A stretch of 64,000 nt of DNA from Dictyostelium discoideum (Eukaryota). Position numbers and translations under genes: made by a program. Of this stretch, positions 1-14,971 are shown in pieces. Within the stretch, counting starts at the first letter, position 1. Each line of letters starts with the position of its first letter. The stretch spans positions 5,056,001 to 5,120,000 of the forward strand of contig CM000151.3 in NCBI GenBank assembly GCA_000004695.1. The letters run 5' to 3'. Below the pieces are notes generated by a model, which was not told where the DNA came from, made no database searches, and saw only the letters and a program-made list of their open reading frames with translations.

Positions 1-10
1 TTTTCTCATA

Positions 11-44
<34 letters not shown>

Positions 45-194
45 AAATGTATAAATAATAATTAAAAAAATAAATAAAAAGACAAAACACTTTTTTTAGG
101 AATAAATAAAATTTTAAATATTTTCGAATACATTATTATTATTATTATTGGGTGTTTTTAATTTATTTTTATTTTTTATTTTTAATTTTTAATT

Positions 195-2343
195 TTATTT
201 TGATTGTGTTGATTCAAATAATTTTATAATTTTCTTTTCTAAACCAGTTATGGAAGAAGGATTATTAATTGAACATTCTGAATAACCTAATAAATTTTTG
301 TTTCTTAATAAATTATCAATTTCAGTTTTATCAACTGGAGTATTATTTGTGGCAGTTGTTGATTCATTAGTTGTTGTTGTTGTTGTTGTTGATTCATTTG
401 TACTAGCTGATGCAGTGGTTGTATTTTTAATATCAGATTGTAAACCTAATAAATAGATTGGAGTATTTGTGAATTGTTTTTGAAGTTTATCAATTTTATC
501 AGTTAAAACATTAAAAGAGTCGACATTTCCAATTGAGAAAGTTGCAATGAATAATGAATTGAAAGGTATACTATAAAGAGTATCCAAACGATAATCATTG
601 AAATATAATCTAGTTTCATCTTTTAAAGTTTTCAAAATTAATGTCTTTTGGAATGATTTGAAACCAATATGTTGATTACCAATAACTAAACCCAATACAG
701 GTATCTTGTAAGTTGACTTCTTGCCAGATGCCTTATAACGACTTCCAAACATTGGTTTTGTAAAACTTTCAGTCTTTGGTTGATCATCATCAATAAAATT
801 ACACCAATCTTCATTCTTATCAAAATTTGAATTTAAAACACCATAATGTTTTGGTAATTTAATTGGAGCATCTTTAGTGGTAGTGGTGGTGGTAGTAGTG
901 GTAGTGGTGGTGGTAGTAGTTGAAGAACTACCTTCACCCTCTGGTGTATTGATTTTATTAGGATCTTCTTCATTTTCTGGTTTTTTGTCATCCAATGCTG
1001 GTGTGGTGGTAACTTCAAAATTTGGTTTATCTAAATCATTAAAAATTGAATCTAAACCTTCAGCATTACCTCTTTCTTTTGCTTCCTTTTTATATTGTTC
1101 ATATTTTGCAGAAGAGGCTTCTCTCATACAAATTGCTAAAAACATTTCAGTGATTAATTCAAAACGTGAGAAAAGTATACAAAGTCCACTAGTTCTTTCA
1201 GAGATAGTTTGATAAAAGTAACGATACTTTTCATGAATTGCAACGATACCATAGATTTTGACACCCAACGCTTCGAGATCGTCACATTCTCTAACCCAAT
1301 TTAAATGATGATTACTATAGTATGGTGGATGTGGAGGACTGTCTCCAATCATGACCAAAGCTTTACTCGTATGAGATGACCATGATAGGAATTTGGCTTT
1401 ATGTAATGCAAATTCGTAGCATTCAGGCTCGTCACCACCAGATGTTGCCTTTACACCATTGATAAAGTTTACAATTTTATCAACATCAGTTGTTAAATCT
1501 AAAATATACAATGGACGCTCCTCACAGAAATCCCCCATTGCCATAATACCAATTCTAATCAATGGAATCTCTTTCATTAATTTAGTAACGGTTTCCATAA
1601 GTTTCTTTCTAACTTCAACAATAACTGCATTCATACTTGTTGTAGTATCAAAACAAAATACAATCTCAACATCATTTGAAATTGAATTACCAATGAAATG
1701 TGATAAAATCTCTTCCTTATTAATAATTGGTATAACATTTTGACTGCCATTCTCTTCACCTGAGCCACCACTACCACCACCACCACCACTTGAACTTGAT
1801 TTCTTTTCCAATATTAATGTTTCCATTCTTTTTACAACGCTATGAACTAATTCTTTATCTGTAAATGTTTTACCACTTTGTGATAATATTAATGGTTGTG
1901 AATAAATATCTGGTTGATTTGCTGCTAAAACTGAACAAATATGACTTTTTTTTTAAAAAAAAGGTAAATTAATATGTATTATTTTTATTTTTTTTTTTTT
2001 ATTTTATTTTTTTTTTTTATTTTTTTTTTTTTATTTACCTTTTTAATTCTAAAATTGTTAAACCAGATTTATTTGGAATTGTAACTTTTAAGACAACTGT
2101 ACCATATTCTACATCAAATGTTAATTCTTTAATTGTTTGTAAATGAATTGTACCTTCTTTTTTAATACCATGTGATCCAATTGTTGCTTGAACATCCATT
2201 GGTTCACCTGCAAATACAAGATTGAATTGATACTCTGACATTGAAGTTCTTTCACATACTTTTTTAATTAATACTTCAACTTTATCTGCTGGATTAACAT
2301 CCAATGAGAATGTAACTGTTGATGTTTTTACTAATATAATCAT
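195..2343 (-). CDS. Ubiquitin-like domain + von Willebrand factor A (vWA) domain protein; 2 exons, approx complement(join(195..1944,2039..2343)), ~684 aa
   Basis: The 102-aa ORF at 2035..2343 has a ubiquitin fold (MIILVKTSTVTFSLDV...GTIHL). It ends at an AG|GTAAAT donor. A T-rich ..AG acceptor at ~1945 puts it in frame (split codon AG+T=Ser) with the 543-aa ORF. That ORF carries a vWA/MIDAS-like core (VFCFDTTTSM..., GDSPPH). A stop lies immediately upstream of the acceptor in the downstream frame. Confidence 0.65.
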
Positions 2344-2864
2344 TTTGATGTTTTTTTTTTTTTTTTTTTTTTTTTAATGAAATAAATTATACAAATACAA
2401 ATACAAATAAAATTTAAAATACAAATAAATGATAAAAAAAAAAAAAAACTGTTTATGAAGTGAAAAAAAAAATAAAAATGATAAAAAAAAAAAAAAAAAA
2501 TCCATAAAAAAAAAAAAAAAAAAACCAATTTTTAGATATTTTTTGAAATCAGTTATTTGAAATCAATTCAATGAAAAAGTTAAAAAAAGAAAAAATAAAA
2601 ATTATTAATAGAAAATACTTTTCATTTTTTTTTTATATACTGAAAAAATAAATAATAATAAAAAAATACAGAAATAAAAATGAAGTTGAGAAATTAATTT
2701 TATTTTTATATTAAAAAGGTTATTTTAATTTATTATTATTAATTATTATTATTATTATTTTATATGTGAATTCAAAATTTTTTACTTTTCACACTAAAAA
2801 GTTTATAGTTTTTTTTTTTTTTTTTTTAAGATTTTATTTATTTAAATTTTATTTATTTATTTAT

Positions 2865-3482
2865 TTAAGTTTTAATATTGGCTTTTTCAATATTTGATAA
2901 AATAAATTGTTTATCTATTCCTTTTTTACCGCTATACCCAATAACCTTACCATTTGAAGAAATAATACGGTGACAGGGAACTAGCAAAAGGAAAATATTT
3001 AATCGGCAGCTAGTCGCAATTGCACGAGCATATTTCTTATCAAGTCCTAATTGAGTAGCAACTGATGAATAAGATAAAGTTGAACCATATGGTATGGTTC
3101 TAAGATGAGTCCAAACTTTTCTTTGAAATTCAGTACCCAATTCTAAATTTATAGGAGTTTTAAATTCTTGTAGTTTTCCATTAAAATACTGATCTAATTC
3201 TTGATTAATTTGTAAAATAATTTTATTATTTGTTTTATTTTTACATTCTTCATCTAAATTTTTACTTTCGTATAATCTTATACCATGTAATGATTTATCA
3301 TCTGCTGTTATCTTTAATGCTCCAATTGGTGATTTTAAAATAAAAGAATTAATTATTTTTATTTCTTCTTCTTTTTCTTCTTTTTCTTCTTTTTCAATTT
3401 TTAATTTTTTATTATTATCATCATCATCATCATCATTATTATTATTATTATTTTCAATTGATTTTCTTATTTTATTATTCAT
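2865..3482 (-). CDS. Methylated-DNA--protein-cysteine methyltransferase (O6-methylguanine-DNA methyltransferase, MGMT/Ogt family), single exon, 205 aa
   Basis: The active-site PCHR motif is present (LLLVPCHRIISSNG). The helix-turn-helix region reads YGSTLSYSSVATQLG. The N-terminal poly-N/D/KEE low-complexity stretch is typical of Dictyostelium. The ATG at 3482 was confirmed on the reverse strand. Confidence 0.85.
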   Translation of the reverse strand: MNNKIRKSIENNNNNNDDDDDDNNKKLKIEKEEKEEKEEEIKIINSFILKSPIGALKITADDKSLHGIRLYESKNLDEECKNKTNNKIILQINQELDQYFNGKLQEFKTPINLELGTEFQRKVWTHLRTIPYGSTLSYSSVATQLGLDKKYARAIATSCRLNIFLLLVPCHRIISSNGKVIGYSGKKGIDKQFILSNIEKANIKT

Positions 3483-4013
3483 TTTTAATTTATTTTATTT
3501 TATTTTATTTTTTTTTTTGGTTGTGTGTTAAAAAATTCATTTTGTAAAAAGGTGAGAAAAAAAAAAAAAAGTAAAAAAAAAAAAAAAAAAAAAAAATAAA
3601 AGACAAAATATTATTTAATACTTAGAAATCCATGGTTGGAACTGACCGTTGGAAAAATCAAAAAAAAAAAAAAAATAAAATTAAAAAAAAAAAAATTAAA
3701 AATAATTTAATTTAAAAAAAAAAAACGTGATTCGCTTGATTTTTTGAATCATTGTTTTTTTCTTTTTTTTTTTTTTTTTTATTTTTTTTTATTTTTTTTT
3801 CCCTAAAGATATTTTCTATTTTTATTTCTATTTTCTATCTTTTTTTTTTTTTTTAAATTTTTCTCTTTCAAAAAAAAAGGTAAAAAAAATTTTAGTAATA
3901 CTACTTGTATGTAGTAATAAAATTTTAAAAATTTCCAAGTAAAAAAAAAAAAAAAAAAATAAGAATTTAAAAATAGAAATTTTAAAAAAAGGGGTATTTT
4001 TAAATTGAAAAAA

Positions 4014-6269
4014 ATGATACCAACACAAACACCCCCAAGACAACAAATGATGAATCATAATCATCAACCACAACAAATACAACAACCACAACAAATACAA
4101 CCACATCAACCACAACAACAACAACCACATCAATTTAGACCATTGGATGAAAATGCAGAAATTCCATTTTTACAAATTGTAACACCAAATCAAATGATTA
4201 AATTACCACCAATGTTTCAAGAACAATATAAACAATTATTAAATAGATGGTCAAATCAATGTATTAAAAAATCTGGATTATTATATACTCAAGCAGTACC
4301 ATATAATCAAGTTTTGGTATTATTAGAAATTGCTAAAAATGGTGATATTCAAGAATATAGAGATTTCATTCAAGTAATTATTGAGTCAAATCAAAATAAA
4401 GATGGTGATGAAAATGAAGAATCAATTCAACAACAACAACAACAACAACAATTAACATTAAAATCAATAATAAATTTAATAGATTTAGAAGGTAATACAT
4501 CAATTCATTATGCAATTATGAGAAAGAATAAAGCAATGGTTAGTTATTTAATTGATTGTGGTGCAAATTTAGATATTCAAAATTTAGAGGAAGGTCATAC
4601 ACCATTACATTGGGCATGTATTAAAGCAGATTCATCATTTGTGTTACAATTGGTTGAAAATGGTGCAGATATTCATTTGACTGATAAGAGGGGTTACAAT
4701 GCATTACTTCATGCTGCACAATATAATGAAGTGAATTCAGTGCGTTATTTAATTGAGAAAGGATTGGACCCAGTGCAATGCAAAGACATTCAATTACATA
4801 CTGCAGTGCATTGGACCTCGTTTCAAGGTCATGCAAATATGGCACGTTATTTCATAAGTTTAGGCGTTGACCCAAATGCACAAGACATTCAAGGCAGAAC
4901 GGCATTCCATTGGGGTTGTATCAAAGGTCACAAACAAGTGGTCAGCATGTTATGTTCATTCGAAGGTCAAGATAGTATAGATAAAACCATTCGTGATAAT
5001 GATGGTAAGACAGCCTACCAATTGGCAGAATCAAAGGAACATTATGAAATCATCGATTATTTAGACACAAAGCTTAAAGATGATAAATTATTTGGCGGCA
5101 ATGAGAGACTCTATCATAGATTTTGGACAGTGATGGGTGTGTTGACAGTATTGGTGCCAACCTGGATTCTATGCTATGTGCCAGTGATATTTGGGTTACC
5201 ATTGTTGGCTGTCGGTGGCTACTTTTTAAAGAATTATTTACACTTAAATTATTGGGTACCAGAGAGAAACAATTGGTTATTACCCTCGATTTTATATTCT
5301 TCAGTATCTATTTGGTATTTGATTTATTTACTTAGAATTGCACCATTGGTAATGGCAATTAACATTTTCCCAAATTTAATAATTAATGCAACCTCGTGGT
5401 ACTTTTTCTACTTTTTCATTCGTTTAACAAAGGAAGATCCAGGCACAATTTCTAAACATATCTCTAAAGAGAAATCAAATGAAAACTTTATGAATGCTCT
5501 CTCAAGTGGTCGTCAAATCCCTTTGATTTGTCCAACCTGTTTAATTAATCGTCCAATTCGTTCAAAACATTGTCCATCTTGTAAAGGTTGTTTTGCACGT
5601 TTTGATCATCATTGTGTTTGGATTAATAAATGTATTGGTATCAATAACCAAGCTTTATTCATCACTGTACTCTTCTCATATGTTATCTTGGTAATTTCTG
5701 GTTTCATTGTAACTTGGGATTACTTTAAATCTGATTCAAATGCTCCAATACTATCTGAAAGTTATATTCAATCATTTTTATTCTACTATACCAATTACCC
5801 CTTTATTTTATTATTCTCAATCTATGGTATTGGTATGGCTATTTGGATTGGTAAATTAGCAATCTCACAAGTTTTAACAATTTTATTCAATAAAACTACT
5901 TATGAACAAATTCAACAAATTAGAGAATTTGAAAGTAGACAAGGTCATGGTCATAGTCACGGTGGTGATCAACAATGTAATCATAGTCATGGTAGTGGTG
6001 GTGGTGATCATGGTCATAGCCATGGTGGTAGTTCTGGTAGTGGTAGTGGTAGTGGTAGTGGTGATCATGGTCATAGTCATGGTGGTCAACCTTCACTTCC
6101 ATCTTCAAGTGGTGGAAGTAAAAAAGATTCTGATAAATCATTCCATAATCAACAAACTAATTTTGATATGTATCATCGTGGTGTTGTAAATAATGTTAAA
6201 GAATTTTTATTCGATTCTCAAAAATTCTATTTCCAAACTGAAAATATTTATGCTGATTCAAGAGTTTAG
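4014..6269 (+). CDS. Ankyrin-repeat DHHC-type palmitoyltransferase (AKR1/ZDHHC17-like), single exon
   Basis: There are about 6 ankyrin repeats ([27 protein letters not shown] ..., [11 protein letters not shown]..., [15 protein letters not shown]). These are followed by TM helices and a DHHC-CRD ([37 protein letters not shown]). The C-terminus has a His/Gly/Ser repeat. The ORF-track start at 4005 is TTG; the first ATG is at 4014. Confidence 0.85.
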
Positions 6270-6454
6270 AAAATAATATTTTCTTTTTTTAAATTTTTAA
6301 TAAATTAAATAATATTAAAAAAATATAATTTTAACTTAATAATTACAATTTTATTTTATTAAAAAAAAGATTATTAAATTTATTTCTTTTTACTAAAAAA
6401 AAAATTAATTTTTTTTTTTTTTTTTACTATTTTCATTTATTTACTAAATTTAAT

Positions 6455-7879
6455 TTATTCCCATAATGGTGGTTGTTGTAATTTCTTTAAAGCAGTATTG
6501 ACCCAAGCAGAAATGGTTTGATATCTAGTGCAAAATAATACATTTCCAGAGACAGATTGTTGAGAGTTTGGTTGTTTTTTGATGATAGCACAAAGTTCAC
6601 CACAGTGTAAGTTAAAGATGAGACCTCCTTTACAAACACCCGGATCACCTGACAATGAAATTTCTAATGTATCATCATTGAAATGGGATATATGACCATA
6701 GTAGAGTGATGGTTCTGGTGGTACAACTGTTGAAAAGTTTTTATGATCACTTGGTGATACCATTGGTAAACGAGTGTATGGAAATGAACAACATATAACA
6801 TCTTTTAATAATTCATATCCCTTGGTTGCTATTGGATAGGTTTCAACGGTGAATTTATCTTGTAAATCTTTGATTTGCAATAAGGCACAATCAGTATTTG
6901 ATTCTTCTGTTGATGAAACATCTAAAATCGTTGATTTAAACCATTGACCATCAAATCCAACTTCAATCAATGTCGATCCACCCTCCTTTATACCATTCAT
7001 TAAATGTGATGATGTAAGTATTAAATCTCTACCAACTCTTAAACCACTACCAAAAACAAGGTCATGTTTTATCATATATTTCTTTTTTAAAATTCTAATA
7101 ATTGCAACTCTATTTACAATATCTTTTTTTAATTCTAAAATTTTAAAAAAAATATTAGTAAGTTAACAAAATTAATTTTGAAATTATATTTTTCTAAACT
7201 TACTTTGTTTTGATAAAATTTCAACTTTTTCTTTTAAATCATCATATAATAATGAAGCGAATGCTCTATCATGTTTACTTTCTCCTGCATATGATTTAAA
7301 TGTATCTTTTGATTTTGAAATTTCTAATAATGAGACACCATTTCTATTTTCAAAATCAGATGTATCTGAATCTTTATCATTTTGAGTACCAATTGATTTT
7401 TTACATTGAATCCATTGTTTAGTATTTTCAGTTGACCAATCAATTATTGGTATTCTTTGAAATTCATGTTCTTGAAATTCTTGTTGTTGTTGTTTAGATT
7501 CATTTTCATTACTTTTACTCGAAGATGATTGATTTTGTTCATCATTTTCATCTTTGTCAAGATTATCTTGTTCATCTTGATCACCTTCTGGTTTATCATG
7601 ATGGTTTTGGTTAATTTCAACAACTGATGAATGTTCTTCACTTTTCTTTACTTCACTCTTTTCTTCACTCCTTTCAGATTTGTGTCTATCTTCACTCTTT
7701 TCATGTTGTTCTGGAGATTTATTATGATTGTCTTTGTTTCTATGTTCTTCTTTATTATTATTATCATTGTTTTTATTAAGATCATCTTTTAATAATTTAT
7801 CTTTTTTAATTTCATTTTCATCGTTTTTTGAATGGTGATGATGTTGATGATGATGATGTTGATCTTGTCCTGTATCCAT
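6455..7879 (-). CDS. SAM-domain protein with C-terminal trypsin-like (chymotrypsin-fold) domain; 2 exons approx complement(join(6455..7134,7204..7879))
   Basis: Exon 1 is acidic and His-rich and carries a SAM-like segment (IPIIDWSTENTKQWIQ...LLEISKSKDTFKSYAG). It ends CAA A|GTAAGT. The acceptor TTTTAG|AA at ~7135 restores the frame into the 206-aa ORF. That ORF has a His-box-like LTSSHL, DCALLQI and a GDPGVCKGG motif in the position of GDSGGP. The catalytic Ser appears replaced by Pro. Confidence 0.55.
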
Positions 7880-8676
7880 TGTAAAATAATTATTTAATAA
7901 AATTATAAACTTTATAATTTTTTAAATACAATAATAATTTATAAATTTTTATAATAATTTTTTTTTTTTATAATTTTTTTTTTTTTTATAATATTCATAT
8001 TTGGTAATTTATGTTTTTTTTTTATTATTCTCTAAATGGTAATTTTTTTCTTCAGATTTGATTTTTATTATTTTTATTTTTATTTTTTTTTTATTGAATA
8101 TAAAAAGTTTTTTTTTTTTTTAATAAACCCGTTTTACTTTTTTATTTTTCAAAAATCCTTTTTTAAAACTAATCCCATAAAAAATAATTGAGAATTTATT
8201 TGGTATGAATAGGCCAATTTTTTTTTTTTTTTTTTTTTTTATTTTATTGACCACCTCAAATAAAAAAAAAAAAACAATTATCCTAACATTTTCTTATTTA
8301 ATCTGATCTGGTTCATTTGGTTCATTTGGTTTATCAGGTTTTATAGGATCAGGCTTTAAAGGCTAAGGTTTATCAGGAGACTTTGTTGCAATGCATCTGG
8401 AATTTTAAAAATAGAGGTCCAAATCAAATGATAGGAAGGAAAAAACAAAAAAAAAAAAAAAAAAAAAAAAAAAAGAAAAATTATTAGATACAGAGCAGAT
8501 AGGTAATTGTAAAACAAATTTTTTTTTTTTTTTTAATTTTTAAAAAATATTATAATTTATTTTTAATATTGTTTTTAAAAAATTATTTTAAAAACAACAT
8601 TTGTTTGGTTTTTTTGATACAGCTACAATCGCTAGAGGTTCAATTTCTTTCACATCTGGTTTCTTCTTTACAATTT

Positions 8677-9150
8677 TTAATTACAAAATGCAATATCTAT
8701 AGTTGAAGGATTTGTTGCTGTTGTTTCATAATAATCACAATCTATATCATTGGCGAACTCTTGAACTTGATTTTCTTTGACTTTTTTATTTTTTAAATCA
8801 CAATAATAAAAAAATCAATTTTATTACCTACAGTTGATACTACTTGTGTATGTAACTCTTTTATTTCTGAAAATGAATCATTGTTTGTGACATCATAAAC
8901 CAAAATTACACCATCAACTCTTAAATATTGTTTTACAAAATCATTAAAATATCTCTTTTGCCCTGGAGGATCATAAACTTTAACTTTAATATCTTTTCCT
9001 GCTAAATTAATTTCACGTGAAACAAAAGTCGGTACTAATAGTGGATACTGGTTGAGTCATCCCTTCTCCTTTAGTATGACAAGCAAATACTGTACATTCA
9101 CCAACAAAAGTATCTCCTAACAGTAAAAGTTTAATTTCTAGTATATTTCT
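8677..9150 (-). pseudogene. Decayed Rab/Ras-superfamily small GTPase pseudogene
   Basis: The reverse-strand translation gives Rab-like blocks: KLLLLGDTFVGECTVFACH, TDFCF, VKVYDPPGQKRYF, VILVYDVTNNDSFSEIKEL, GNKIDF and YCDLKNKKVKENQVQEFAN...ETTATNPSTIDIAF. The P-loop lysine is lost (GKS -> GEC). DTAGQE has become DPPGQK. At least two frameshifts interrupt it, one in a T7 run. There is no in-frame ATG. Confidence 0.45.
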
Positions 9151-9611
9151 TGAGATACTTTATAATTTGTTAATTATTGATGTGAAGCCTCCAATTTACA
9201 AAAAAAAAAATAAAAAATAAAAAATAAAAAATAAAAATAAAAATAGAAAAATAAAAACCAAAGCAAAAAGAAATATTTATTTTTTTGATTTTTTTTGAAA
9301 TTGTATATTTTATTTATTTATTTTGAAATTTGTATCATTTGTTTATTTATTTTTTTATTTATTTTTTTTTATTTTTTTTTATTTTTTATATTTTTTTATT
9401 TTTTTTTGAAATTTGTTTATCATTTTTTTATTATTATTTTTTTTTTTTTTATTTTTTTGAAATGATAACAAAAATAGAAAATTAAAAAAATAAAAATTTA
9501 TTTTTTCACACACCCCAATCCATTTTTCTTAAATATTTTCAATAATAGAAATAAGTTCTTAATTAAAAAAAAAAAAAAAAAAAAAAAAGGAAAATACTAT
9601 AGTATTAAAAA

Positions 9612-11482
9612 ATGAATTATTATTTTAATTTAGAATGTCCACATCATATGGAACAAATTTGTTATTTCTTTTGCTATACATGTAGAACTCAGTATTGTGG
9701 TCATTGTAGTTTTTCCGATAAACATCTAAAGAGTAAAGGACACAAAGTTGCTGATATAAAAGAAGAAGTAGAGAATTATTTTTTATTTTCAGGATACATT
9801 TTAGAAAATAGTAAAAAAATGAAATCAGATATAGAATCAATTCATAATGAAATTAAAAATTCAAATGATCTTATAAGAAAAGAATTATCAGAATTACAAG
9901 AAGAAGTAATAATGAAAATTAATGAAATTTTCAAAAAAAAGTATCAACAAATAAATGAATGTGATAAATCAAATGAAGATATTTTAAAAACATTTTTTGA
10001 AGAAATTGATAAGATTATTTCAAAACTAACTCAATTGAGACAAATGGGAATTAGAACAAATGAACAAGAGATAATTTCACAATTTGGAAATTATTATGAA
10101 GTATTTTCAAAAGAAAATAATTTATTAAAAAATCCTCATTTTTCAAAATGTGAAATTACAAAATTAAATGAAATTGAAATTTTAAATAATCCAATTTCAA
10201 TTGAAATTAAAAATTTTGAATATAAGGAAGAATGTATGTATTTATAAAATTTTAAAAAGTAATGATTTTAATAATAATAATTATAATAATTTATTAACCA
10301 AATTAAAAAAAAAAAAAAGTTTTAATGAAAAAACAATATTTATTATGTAATGAAGAAATTAAAAATGATACTGATATGGTTTTATTAGCAAAGAATGTTG
10401 ATACTTTAAATTTAAAAATCCCACCAGAAACAAAGTCAATTGCATATTTTGATGATAAAATACCATTTAATGGTGAACCAATAAAAAGTACAAAAATCGG
10501 AACTTTAAACTTTTTTTCAAATGCACCATCAATTTCGAAAGATACTATACCAAAAAATAATATTCATACACTTTATTTTTCATTTGGATATAATAAATTA
10601 ATTGAACCTGGTGTTATTCCAGAGAATATTAAGATTATTCATTTTGGTAATATAGAAAATAAGGTTTTAGTAGAAGGTTCAATTCCAAATACTGTAGAAA
10701 CAATTCATTTTCATGGTGAATTTAAATTAAAATTAGAGAAAAACATTATACCAAATAATGTTAAAACACTTCACTTTTATGATGTAAAGAATATTTTAAA
10801 AAAAGGTTCAATTCCAGAATTCGTAAACTCTGTTAATTTACATGACGGTTTTGAAAATGATTTTGATGATTTCCTTTCAAAAGGTTGTTCAATACTTTCA
10901 GTTCATAACATTACATCCCCATTACCAATAATGCATGAAGGAAAGGTTGATACCATCTTTTTCAATGATGGATATGATCACAAGATTGAAAAGAACCATA
11001 TTCCAAAAGGAGTAAAAACAATCCACTTTCATAATATTAATAAGCCATTAATTAAAGGTTCAATTCCAAAATCTGTTGAAACTATTATTTTAGAAAAAGG
11101 ATTTAACCAACCACTACCACCTTTTATAATTCCAAATAACGTAATTCGTATGGAGATTGGCGCAATTCAATCAAAATTAGAAAAAGGATCCTTACCAGAA
11201 TCAGTAGAAAACTTACAATTTAAAAAGGGATTCAACCAAATTATAACTAAAGATTTATTATTAAATAATAATAAATTGATTTCAGTTGAATTTAGTGATA
11301 TATTAAAAAGAATAGATTTAGATTCACTTCCTCCATCATTAAAAGAATTAAAGTTTGTTTCTAATTTTTCACACCCAAAAGATATAAAATATGTAACAGT
11401 ACCCCCAAAATTTGTTAAAGAATTTATAAACTCTGGTGTCCGTCCTGAAGTTATCAATCAATCTTTTTTTAATACATTGTAA
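9612..11482 (+). CDS. B-box zinc finger + FNIP-repeat protein; 2 exons join(9612..10233,10320..11482), ~595 aa
   Basis: Exon 1 has a B-box-like Cys/His cluster (CPHHMEQICYFFCYTCRTQYCGHC) followed by a coiled coil. It ends GAA T|GTATGT. An 86-bp AT-rich intron ends ..AAAAG. The split codon T+TT gives Phe and runs in frame into the 385-aa ORF. That ORF is built of FNIP repeats (GSIPxxVxTIHF, FNQPL). Confidence 0.75.
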
Positions 11483-11880
11483 TAATAATTTTTGAATTAA
11501 AAAAAAAAAAATAATAAATTAATAAACATAATATTCATTTTATTTTATTTATTTATTTATTTTTTTACAAAAAAGATATGATTGTGTTGAAATTTAAGAT
11601 ATTTTTACCTTTTTTTTTTTTTTGAATCATCCTTGAAATCTAAAAAAAAAAAAAAAATATCTTTAATTTTTTAATGATTAAAATCATTCTAGAAATCTAA
11701 GACTGATGGCTGGTAAATTTTCCCAAAAAAACTAAAAAAAAATTAAAAATAAAAAATAAAAAAAAAATAAAATTAGGTATTTTGGTTTTTTGATTGAAGC
11801 AAATTGAAAACAATTTGGGTCGAAAAACGTTTATTTTTTTTTTATTTTCATTTTAATAATTTCTTTTTTTTTAAAACAAA

Positions 11881-12256
11881 ATCAAATAAATAGTCTTTAA
11901 AAAATGTCACTGATATTAGATATAAATAAAAATCCAATTATTGATAATGAAAACAATCAAGAATCAACAAGAATATTATTTAAAAAAGTTTGGGATAATG
12001 TAGTGATAATTCAAGTAATAATAGAAAACATAAAGATATCTTGGAAGAATTAAAAGATAGTATATTCTGTGCTATAAAAAATAAAATAGAATAAGTTGTT
12101 TAAAACTTTTATTGAAATTAGATCAAGATAATAAATCTTTCTTTTCTGATGATTTGTTAATATTTTATTACAAACAAATAAATACAAATTATTCAATAAA
12201 TCAAGAAATTTCAAATATTTTAAAAATTAATTTTAATATTAATAAAAGAGGAAGAG

Positions 12257-12291
<35 letters not shown>

Positions 12292-12340
12292 AATAGAAGA
12301 AGAAGAAAAAGAAGAAAAAGAAAAAGAAAAAAAAGATGAC
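11881..12340 (+). pseudogene. Possible decayed gene fragment (FNIP/B-box-family-like N-terminus) followed by a purine (GAA/GAG)n tract
   Basis: The reading MSLILDINKNPIIDNENNQESTRILFKKVWDNVVIIQ... is broken by stops. The following 75-aa ORF (RGRGRRRR...) is only the translation of a (GAAGAG)n repeat. Confidence 0.2.
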
Positions 12341-12592
12341 GAAGATGATGATGTGAATTATGTAGAAGATATATTACTACTAATTCAGATTCTTTTTCTT
12401 TAAATAAATTAATATTAAATTTCTTTTTTTTTTAAACAAAATACACATAATTTAAAATTAACAATTATCTCAATTTATTTATTTTTAAAAAGAGTAGATA
12501 AAAAAAACTAAAAAAAAGTGTATAGATAATACTAGTTAATTTATAAAAAAAAAAAAAAAGCTATTTATTTATTTATTTATTTATTTAAAATT

Positions 12593-14735
<2,143 letters not shown>

Positions 14736-14971
14736 TTAATAGTTTTTGTTTTTATTTATTTATAAATTGAAAAAAAAAAATTAAATGAAAATAGAAAAAA
14801 AAAAAAAAAATTTTTTAAAAGTTTTTTTTTTTTTTTTTTATTTTTTTTTTATTTTTTTTTTCTTTTTGAAAAAGCAATCAATCTATCAAAATAAAATAAA
14901 AAAAAAAAAATAAAAAAATCATTGCTAATAAAAAAAACTTTGGATAATATAAAATAAAATAAAATTAAATA

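Noticed and set aside
833-1212. Antisense/overlapping ORFs inside real genes (833..1018, 877..1212, 1459..1743, 4621..4845, 5883..6189, 16735..16983, 25773..26108, 30655..30909, 31707..32081, 41188..40949, 46779..47231, 51875..52399, 56404..56592, 58607..58849)
   Set aside because: They are mirror or alternative-frame readings of codon repeats (poly-N/T/H/Q) or chance ORFs on the opposite strand of well-supported genes.
2340-2528. Low-complexity ORFs made of F/K/I runs (for example 2340..2528, 3828..4133, 15686..15871, 18114..18305, 18329..18544, 24719..24913, 27615..27917, 33506..33709, 46055..46301, 53251..53670)
   Set aside because: They are translations of poly-T/poly-A intergenic tracts. 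They have no domain content, and many have no ATG.
4600-5300. Locally GC-richer segment (about 40 % GC) in the ankyrin region of the DHHC gene as possible horizontal transfer
   Set aside because: The elevated GC is confined to conserved ankyrin codons (G/A/H/L-rich consensus). The flanking parts of the same ORF have normal composition, and the gene family is universal in eukaryotes.
9612-11482. Treating ORFs 9612..10247 and 10325..11482 as two genes
   Set aside because: Only 77 bp separates them. A GTATGT donor and a ..AAAAG acceptor join them in frame. B-box + FNIP is a known combined architecture.
12112-12339. 75-aa arginine-rich ORF (RGRGRRRRRGRR...)
   Set aside because: It is a translation of a (GAAGAG)n purine microsatellite with no flanking coding signal.
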